Assembly: GCA_051362555.1 (NCBI GenBank)
Contig: CM120649.1
Location: 4,588,001 to 4,652,000 of the forward strand
Length of the DNA stretch: 64,000 nucleotides
Source of the DNA: Lingula anatina
Lineage: Eukaryota > Animalia > Brachiopoda
Direction: 5' to 3'
Part shown: positions 54,119-64,000 of the stretch, one piece after another
How the letters are laid out: each line of letters starts with the position of its first letter
How positions within the stretch are numbered: the first letter of the stretch is position 1
The notes under the pieces: generated by a model
The model's database searches: none
What the model was told of the DNA's origin: nothing
The model's input: only the letters and a program-made list of their open reading frames with translations
Translations under genes and position numbers: made by a program

Positions 54119-56698
54119 ATGGCTAAAAGACAAGCAGCAGGAGGTAAGGACATTCTTGATCTCTTACATAAGATACAGTTGTTTCCACAGTCCACGTTAC
54201 CGGACAATTTGCTGGAATTGACTGAGCTTGGCATAAACTACGCTAATGAAGAGAATCTAAAGAATCTTCCAGAGTCAATTAGCATATGCAGAAATATTAA
54301 GAAGATATTTGCCAGAGGTAACCATTTCACTTCTTTACCGCAGTCCATAGGCAACCTGCCACACCTCACATTCTTACACCTGGACGATAATAATTTCACT
54401 GTATTCCCCACAGCACTCTATAGTATTGATAACCTCGAAACGCTTTACCTGTCTAACAACCAAATATCTGACATATCGGTCGAGATCAATAGGATGCATA
54501 AGCTTAGGGTATTCTGGCTCAGTCGCAATGCCTTCACCACCTTTCCTGCAGCGGTGTGTGGCCTGACTAAACTAACGGAGCTGCATCTAGAAGGCAACAA
54601 GATATTTGATGTACCAGGCGAGATATGTAAGATGAAGGAACTGTCAAGATTATTCCTTAGTCACAATACCTTCACCGCCTTCCCTGCAGAGGTGTGTGAC
54701 CTGAATAAACTAACGGAGCTGCACCTAGAAGGCAACCAGCTAACTGATGTACCTAGTGAGGTTAGTCAGATAAAGGGACTTACAAGATTCATCCTCAGTA
54801 AGAATGCCTTCACAACGTTCCCCAAAATCTTATGTGGCATGTCGAACCTAATGGAGCTCCACATGAAAGAAAACAGAATTTCTGAAATCCCAGCGGAGAT
54901 CAATAGAATGTCATCGCTTCAGACGCTTAACCTTGTGTCCAATTACATCACTCACCTGCCGCCTCAGATGAAAACTATGAAAAACTTAACAAAACTTGAC
55001 GTGGCCAAAAATCCACTGGTACAACCACCAGAGGGCATTGCAAGGAGAGGAGTTGATGCGATCAGGAAGTATTTTGAAACATTTACTGACCTACCGGGAC
55101 GTGGATTGGATTTCATCATTATAGCGGAGGGCAGAGGCAAGGAGACTAGCACTGATGTGAAGAGGACCATTCCTGAAAAGTTGAAAAATGATCTTTTACA
55201 GTGAGTCATTTTTCCTTAATTTTATTTTATTTATTTTTATCATTTCGCTGTATAATTAGTGTCATTGAAATGCACATCTCTCTGATTGTTGGGGTAGGAA
55301 AGCGATATCGGTTGTTTCCCAATGTTAAATAGGTTTCCCTTCTGTATCTGGTTCACCTGGAACTCAGTAAGACCCATTCATCCCATAGCAACGTCTTGGT
55401 TAACACTAAAAGGTTCCTCAACCAACAGATAAATGTGTTTTACAAGGTTTTGACTCCTTTATCAGAGCATTCGAGTAACGGTATTACTCGTATATGAGTA
55501 GTAGCCTGTGCCTGACTGAGGAGAGAATTCAGCACAATGTTTCTGTCATAGGAGTTTCTGTTTGAGGAGTTTCTTCCCTGAGGTTTTTTTTATTTATTTC
55601 AGATTTGAATTTGTCGACATGTTTGGTTTTGGACCTGACAGCTTTCAAATATATGTCTGCAGAATGCACTTTGGAAGTAACACCGATCTTGACGTGATAA
55701 ACAAATTGAAGACCTTAGTGGAGGAACATGGGATGGATGGCAAAGTAGTAGCACACATATCTTCTACTCCTCGACGGTTATCATATTTCTGTGGTAAGAA
55801 ACCACCCGAGCCAGCGGTAAAAATTGTAACGGACACAGTAAATAATAGATATGGATCCCTTGGCAGTTACTGTCGCACAGATGAAGATAATTCTAAAGTC
55901 TATGTCCTCACCAATGCCCATGTCGCCAGGGAAGGAGATATAAAGTTGATTCAACCTGGAGGATCTCAAGTTCAGAGTGATAATGTATGCATGCATCAGC
56001 GTAAGGGTAAATGTAATTTGAGCATTTCTCCAGGCACAACACCATCTTCTTTTGTTGACATCGCAACCCTTGAAGTTCCAAGCCTTGGTCTTCGTCCTGG
56101 CGTTGGGAGACGCTCCACAGTTAACGTCTTTAGTGGGGATATTGGAAGCGTTGTCGGGCAATCCGTCTATAAACATGGTGCCCAATCGGATCGTACTGAA
56201 GGAACACTTGTAGGGTTCGGTTTTGTATCGCGTGATGAAAATTCACGAGTGTGTGAAGGGCTTCTTCGAGTGCAAGGTCAGATTCGTGATTTCGCTATGC
56301 CTGGTGACAGTGGTTCGCTCGTTCGCTTGGCAAAGGACAATAAACCTCTAGCTATGATTCTTGGAGGCGAAATAGAAATGAGACCTGAAGGAAATGGAAA
56401 TAATCAGGTGTATGAAGGAAATGGAAATGATCAGGGGGGTGAAGGAAATGGAAATCATCAGGGGGGTGAAGGAAATGGAAATCATCAGGGGGGTGAAGAA
56501 AATGGAAATCATCAGGGACGTGAAGGAAATGGAAATGATCAGGGGGATACCACATGCTTTTTATTAAGCGAAGGATTAATGGAGTTAAAAAGAAAATCGG
56601 GTAAAACGTGGAAAATTGTGGATGAAACGCAACTTCAGTGCTTGATTGAAAATAATGTTAGTCTTCTAAAAAACGCTTTTACTCAAACGCAATCGTAA
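54119..56698 (+). CDS. LRR / NAL1-like trypsin-fold serine protease fusion, copy B (725 aa)
   Basis: Exons 54119-55200 (CA|gtgagt) and 55603-56698 join in frame. About 12 LRRs. LTNAHV, FVDIATL and PGDSGSLV triad motifs are intact. Confidence 0.9.
56387..56548 (+). repeat. Coding 27-nt minisatellite x6 (EGNGNxQGG)
   Basis: GAAGGAAATGGAAATnATCAGGGGGGT-like units, in frame within protease B. Confidence 0.95.
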
Positions 56699-57995
56699 TT
56701 GTCAGATTATTTTACTGCGGAGTTTGTCTGGCAGTGTATGCAGAAATATGTTGTATTCCGGTATATGGCATTTGAATAAAATTAAAACTTGCATAATTGT
56801 GCCTGTACTATATCATATTTATGAATCCTTTTGAAGTTTGATTCCAGCATTCCAATTCCCGGGTTGTTTTTATCATCCTTTTGTATAAATTGCGTTTGAT
56901 ATTGGCAAAACTATAACTTTTATAAGCAAGAGCAGAGTCACATTGTGCTGTTCGTTGATAAGGATACAGGATGGGGATTTGCCACTCTATACAGCAGTAG
57001 AGCAGTGCACAGTGAATTTGATATATTTAAATACCTCTTGTAGAATTCTATGCCTCTGGTTGGTCAGTCGCAATACCCTACTCTGTATAGTATGCAAGTG
57101 TTTAAGTGGCACTCATCATTACCATTATACAATGGATGAACTTGTTTGTATAGGCCTCTGATTGGACGGCTACCGTTCTTTGCTGAGTGACCCCTTTTCT
57201 GGGCTTTTGATTGGTCAATTGCAAAACCCTTTTCAAGTATTACTTTCCTGATATAATATGTCACTTGCTACTGTGCAAGTGCCTGTATATATGAAGTTGA
57301 ATTGCTATGAGTTTAATTTCCTAATAATTGATAAGAAAGTAAGATATTATTTTAATTGTTTTTGTTTTTACCTAAGCTCTTATTATCTATATAATAAGTT
57401 GTAATCCTGATAATTTTATCTGTAAACAGCACTGAGACGCGGTAGTGTAGTGCGGTTTTAATAAATAAATATTATTATTATTATCTAAAACTAATTTGGT
57501 TATTAATATCGTTAACTGTTTATTTTCACCTTTAAATATCATAAGTGTAAAATTTGCACTACCAATTACATTTACTATCAATAAAATGCAGATTAATCAA
57601 CAAAACTCAATTTTTACTTTCCGTTTTACTTTGATAGAGCGGTATAAAAATAGAGCACTCTCTCTAGCGTACTACATAGAATGCGACGCAATGAAAGAAT
57701 TAGGGTCCGAGGCTTTATAGATATAAGTTGGATTTTTTTCTTCATAGGTCACATAGATATACTTTATTAACATATCTCTAGATGCAAAGCCTCCATGACT
57801 GGGAACCTGTTTTCTTTCCATTCAATTTGAAATATCGGGAAACATTAGTAGATTGGCAGTCGAAGTACAATGAATACAAAACAAAATATAATAAATAATC
57901 GAATGCAGAATACAGACCAAAAACCAGTTCAGATTCGGTATTAATGTCGACAAGTGTGACCTAACCTTAAATATCCCTTTCTGAACATTACACTA

Positions 57996-58912
57996 TTAAA
58001 AAACATATTTTGAAGGTATATCTGCCAGAAATTCTGTCTCCTTGGGCGTGTTGGTCCGTCCTAAAGCTTCATTTCTTTGTGGATACCGTCCAAATCTCTC
58101 CACGATTTCCTGAAATATTCAAATTGTTATCAAAAATAGATATTAGTCGAAGAACATTGTTGATTCTACGTAGCTGAACGACTAGGCGAATTTTTAAAAA
58201 TAAAGAATAAACCAAAAGTCTCTGATTAAAATGTAACCATGTAACGTTGACATGGATGTCACCATAGAATCAATATTGCTGTCAAAAGTAAATGTTTGGT
58301 TAAAAAGTGAACAAATTACACTTTATTATTTGTAATATTTGAGCCAAGCAGCTATCAAACTAAATAGGTGCACTTTTTAAAAGTCATTTAAAATTACTTT
58401 TCAGTCGTTCCAGCACAATGTCATCTCTCAATATTTGAAACTGAAACCACAATTGAATCATTGTGAATTTTTTTTATATATAAATGGGCGGCTTACCGCG
58501 TGAAGTTTTGCGAATAATTTAAAATTATCAGCCAGTGCCTCCAAGACAGTGCCCTTAAAATCTTCAGCAAGTTCCGAGGTCAAACGTAGGCACAATTCCT
58601 GAAACAATAAATGTTAGTTTGACCCATATATTGTAATCCTTCGATAGCAATTAATGGCGATGTTCAGTTTCCTACATACCGTTTATGTGATCCTTTATCT
58701 CAAAAGATCTCCAAAAGTAGCGTCAGTTACAATATATAAGTTTAGATGCCGTGATTTTGACAGTATTAAAGGCAATTCTACAACTCAGATAATGGCGTTT
58801 AATGTACTTTGTTAGATTAAATACCACATTTAAATGTTAGCAGAAAAGCAGTAAATGCAAAAAGCGGCGATTAGGTACGCAGCTGGTAAGTTAAGGCAAA
58901 AAAGAGAGAGAA

Positions 58913-58943
<31 letters not shown>

Positions 58944-61366
58944 GCACCTGAGATTCCATACTCTCGTGGTGTTCCAGGGTTATGTAAATAAACGCTCTTT
59001 CCGAAAAGCTCATGTCCCTGTGGTTCCATACAGCATTTGGACCTGTAAACTGAAATAAAAGAGGTAATAAATAAATTACCATTTATAGAGCATAACCACA
59101 AGTTCAGAAACGTGCATCCTTAAAACTTAGTTTTGAAAGGTACGCAGCTGAAGACGTATCGAAATAGCACCTACTGCATTTATCTACCGGGCATGCAAGG
59201 CTTTTCTACATATCATCTTACACCTGTTTGAATTTTAAGGAAATATACAACTTTTTTCTAAAATAAAATGTATGAATAAAGGTAAAAACGCTATTTTACT
59301 GTTACATTTGTGTGTGTGTGAACTCGCTTCTGAGTGTCCAATATATTGCGACTCTCCAATCAACGTATAAACCCGACCGCTCTTAAGCGCATCTTATTCA
59401 AGATTTTCCCACCCTGCGTCTCAATGGCCACAGGAAACCTTCATTAGCACACCGTCCCTTCTACAATACCTGGCACTGCAAACGACAGAGGGGTACTGGT
59501 AATGACGACAGGGTTCCTGTGACTTTTGTTGACCCAGGGTATCTTCCCCTTACCTTGTCCACAATTCTCAGGGCCCTGGCCTCTCCAGAGAACGCCTTGG
59601 CTGTCCCCTAGGCAAAAAGTAATATCATTCAAGCAATGGTGGTAATGATATTTTCTACGTATTTATCCACATATATTAGAAATGACAAAATATATATTTT
59701 GGGGACATACTGTAACTTTCTCTCCACTTTTTACAATCATGGACAAAATTATGTCCAAGTTTTAATGTACATTGTATTAACGCTATTCTTTCAAATTAAT
59801 GCATTGCGTATAACAGCCGACAATAAATAAATAAATAGATAAATAAATAAAAATTGTAAATTCCTTGAAAATTTCAACATAGGTCTCAATTTTGAATCAC
59901 TAGTAAAGGTGATGAGTGAATTGAACTTGTGACAGTAAAATGGAAATTTAAAGAAAAATTGAAAACAATTTATGGAATCTAATTATTTCCCCCACGTTTT
60001 GGACAGAATATATACCTATGTAAAGTTTTACCAACGAAACATCGATAATTACACAAAAAAGCGATAAATGAATTATATAAAAATATTACTTTCAAAGACT
60101 CACAATTCAGCCTTTTTATTCTGCAAGCTTGAACAATACATTTAAAGGTAAAGACCGCATGATCTGGTAAAGTGCATTTACCTTAAAAAGACTCCTTGGG
60201 AACTGGTCAAGTAAAATTATCAGGGCAAAGGCTCCCTTGAGATCTTCTTCCCAGTCCTCTAGCTCCCCATTCAGCGCTTTCTCGACCTGGGTGTAAGAAA
60301 GGCCGACCATTTATAGATGGGTATGCTAAAAGCAATAACTGAGCAAGCAAGGACATGCATGCACTGTGTTGCATTTATAACAACACCGATTAAAAAGTAT
60401 TAGACATAATTTTCATTTTTTCAACTAACCAGATCAGAAAACTTCATCCTGATTTCTTCATTGACACTAAACGGCGCTGCGAACCATTTGTTTTTTACGT
60501 TCTCATACGGGTCTCCCTCGCACCAAAATGAGTTGACCTCTGACCAGGTTGTACACGGCGTGACGTAACTTGTCGAAATATCACGCGAGCTGATGACATT
60601 GACCTTCTGCCACTGTGAAAGCAAAGTGCTGTGTGGACAATGGAAAGTCAAGGATGCTGATGGACACGTAAACGTCGGAAACCTGTTTATACAAAAATAT
60701 GAGTGCAATAAGCATATAAAAAACAATAAAATAACAGTACACATACGACAGGAAAAATTAGAATATACACAATTTCTTTGTTCAGAAGGTAAATGTACAA
60801 GAACCCTTGCGCTGCACTGGTACATACTACTTGTTGCGTTCAATTCTTGTTGTTATTTCTATATAATGATTTCAAAACAGGGTGTTATATGCGTTTTATA
60901 CATTGACGAAGTACATGTACTGAGTAGGCTTCACTGAAAGCCGTTAGCCCAGTTATCGGATTTATATACAGGTAGTAATCCCACAATTGTTCCGGAGTGT
61001 GCACAATATATATATATATACATGTAGGCACAAAATGTAATGCCGGTCTCTGTATAGGCTTACTGATTGTACCCGTACTATATTCATAGCAAATCTATTC
61101 TGTCTGTGCCCTAATATGAGATTAAGCCTCTAGCTGTCACTGACAGAGAACAGTATAAGCAATGCACACTGATATTTCACACACATATAGGCCTACATGT
61201 ATGTACACGTTATTAATTATTAATATTGAGGCTGTACTTACACTTCCTTATATGCTAAACAACATGCCTGCACGCTGCTAACTTTTGAACACGGTGAGTG
61301 TATTGTGCTCCTGCGAGCCAGCCATAATACGCCTCGGCAGCAAGGCGCCGCCATTCCTCCCGGCAT
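57996..61366 (-). CDS. DUF924-family protein with putative mitochondrial presequence (284 aa)
   Basis: 7 exons 61366-61242, 60682-60430, 60286-60182, 59607-59554, 59049-58948, 58598-58497, 58109-57996 join in frame. Motifs KWF, ALIILLDQFPRSLF, AFSGEARAL, ERAFIYITLEHHE, RFGRYPQRNEALGRTNTPKE. Confidence 0.88.
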
Positions 61367-63204
61367 CTTGACTACCACCGCCAGTGGGCAGCCACTGGGT
61401 TTGAGAACAGTCACTGACCACGTCGCTGCCGGCCACAGCGCTAAGGCGACCGGTCGATGATGACCTGGGGTTTATATATATTGCACAGTTTTTATATTAA
61501 AGGACGGCGTGATTTAAGCCATGGCTTTGTAAAATCTATTTAACTGCGTAGGCCTAAACTGCGTAGGCCTTAACTGTAGTTGGACGATTTTAGAATGAAG
61601 GCATGTCCAGTGACTGGTATATCTGGCCTCAGTTATATCCTCTGATCGCGTGTAGTGATTGCAGGTTTGTTTATCTAGGCTCGACGTTGTTTACATTTAA
61701 AGCTTTTAGTGAGTTTTCAATCGAGGCTATATGTAGGTCTGACCTTCTACCTGTAGTGCACCTAACCTTCTTTAAATAGGATTCCTTTGCAGTATTGCTC
61801 TCGGACATTTCTTCAGCGTCGTTGCAGCAGAGGAGCTGTATACCCTTTCTTACGTTTCGATGTCAAGGTAAATTTAGGAATGAAAAAAAAAAATAGAACT
61901 CAGAAGCTCGTGATGGTTGAAAACAATGTAGCGTTAAGGGTAAAACTTTCACATTACTGTTATTTTTTGTACATGTAGGTGAACTCGAAAATAACCAATG
62001 TAAAATGGTTCGAAACTACAATAACAGAATAAAAATAAATAATAGCTCCGGGCTTCACAGCATTGTGTGCTAGTTTTCAAGAAATGTATTTTTTTTTTTT
62101 TTTGACGCGTTAATAAGGATTATTTTCGCCTGTGTTGGTTTTTATAAGCAATCATTAAACCAGCGTTTGACATTCTTGTGCATAACAGTGACGTGTCACT
62201 GTATTTCAGTCAATAAAGCATCCACGTGCAGTTAACAAATACTGAGCACTCACGTTTTTTACTATCTTCACAACGCAAACATATATTCAAAATAAATATG
62301 CTGCAAACGATGCCTTGATGTTTATATTTGATCTTGCGTTGTGAATGACAAAGGGAAGCACACTTCCCTCTCACATTGCATATGTTCAAAGGCGTGGATA
62401 ACATGAGACTTTATACTGGCATATGGGTGAATGCCAAGTTGCTTACACCGAACCCTATATCATCAAAAGTACCTACATTATTTTTGATATACCGGGTGTA
62501 CCAACGGGCCGAAGGCAGGGAAAAATGATTAGGGTGGGAATGGAAAGGTGTGTAGAGGGGGAAAACGTTGAAGGTCTAGACTGAACATGTGAGCAGGTTA
62601 TTTTCACCGTCTCTGACCATCATGGTCACAACTTCTGATGGTCTGAAAGGAAGGAAAAGGCTAATACTTTTTGAAGACCCCCTCCTCCTCTCCAACAAAG
62701 AATTACTGCCCTGTGCCAGTTATATGACGTTAATTAATGTTACAGAATGAAACTTCACCCTGAAAAACAAAGTTGATCGTTCATTTCTCCCTGTTATTTG
62801 AAGTTAGTCCATGCCGCTTTTACACACCTTATTTTGTTTTATTTTCACATATATTTTTCAACATTTATTTACATATATAATCACATGGACACTAAACGGA
62901 CTCTACAGAATGCCCGGACTCTGAGTTATCAAATACTGACCTGTACTCCTTATACACGGAATGCATTACCCTATACATATACAGCTGTTCTTCTTGCCAA
63001 TGGCATTGAGTCTTTATTCTAGACCCATCTGATTTCTTTTGCCTTGAGCACTATGGTCACGCTCAAAATTCATTATGCAATGACAAATAATGCTGCATTT
63101 TGTATTTTACTAAATAGACAAGAAGTGATCTAGTCGTATACAGTGATGCTATCTTGAAAGTCGTTTTAAAAATGGTAAAATTGTACAATGTCTGTATCCG
63201 TACG

Positions 63205-63845
63205 TTAAAAGCGGTATTTGGCCGGTATGTTGGCTAGAAACTCTTCTTCCTCTGGCGTGTTCGCCCTGCCCAGTGCAGCGTTCCTATGCGGATAGCGTCC
63301 AAACTGGTCTATTAACTCCTGCAATGAGAACCGCGCAGTGCCAACAAATTATATGAGGTCATCTTTGATTAATGTACTCTTTGTATATAAAACATCGCGT
63401 ACCATTTTGATATCTACATATTGAATGATAATAACACATTCGTCAATCAAGATCAATGGCGGATATGGGGGGATGAGGTTAACAGCAGGGACATGGCCCC
63501 TTTGATACAGAGAAACCACTTCTACATCGTCGGAATGAAAAAAAAAGAAACAAAAAAGGAAAAAAAAAAGAAGCAAAGATATATCAATTGGTAATCTAAT
63601 TCTGGAGATCGACTCACTATGTAAATGAACATGCTTTTTAAACGCGTTTAACTCATCCTGACTGTCAAATGTCACTGAACATTCTATTTGCCGTCAGTGG
63701 ATATTCACAACAACTTCTAAACCTCAGGGTGCATTTCACTTACCTTGTGGACGATTGCATATTTCAAACAAGCGGCCGCAATCCATTCATTTTCTGTGCC
63801 TTTGTAGTCTTCGACGAACTCCTCGTAGAGTTTTACAGATAATTC
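63205..63845 (-). CDS. Second DUF924-family gene, last two exons (gene begins beyond right edge)
   Basis: Exons 63845-63744 ([10 protein letters not shown]...YAIVHK) and 63318-63205 ([28 protein letters not shown]...). Intron positions match the neighbouring gene. Confidence 0.88.
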
Positions 63846-64000
63846 CTAAATGTAATGTACAGGTGGTCATTTAACATTCACTTATATAAAAGAAAATGTA
63901 AAGTAAAAACCATGATCAAGCAGATATATGTTGAAGGAACGTGTATTGTAAGTGTATATCAATCTCACAAACCATACTGTCCACAACAACACGGTGATGA

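Noticed and set aside
59325-59430. Possible extra DUF924 exon containing GHSE
   Set aside because: No AG acceptor and an in-frame stop. The true motif exon is 59049-58948.

Overview
AT-rich, intron-containing animal genomic DNA, probably a marine invertebrate; the species cannot be determined from the sequence. All gene models were spliced by hand from GT-AG sites and checked for reading frame. From left to right: (1) the 5' part of a secreted multi-EGF gene (minus) with an internal ~2.33 kb duplication; (2) four tandem 4-exon genes for secreted single-domain vWA proteins (minus), one damaged; (3) a complete 11-exon clan-2 (CYP17-like) cytochrome P450 (plus) with a young LINE in intron 5; (4) two tandem genes (plus) encoding an unusual cytosolic fusion of a Roco-type LRR array, a NAL1-like pro-domain and a trypsin-fold serine protease with an intact H-D-S triad, the most interesting system here; (5) intron-containing DUF924-family genes (minus): one complete with a mitochondrial-type presequence, one cut by the window edge, and one pseudo-exon. 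Many MITEs, LINE fragments and microsatellites are interspersed. I saw no rRNA, tRNA or CRISPR array.
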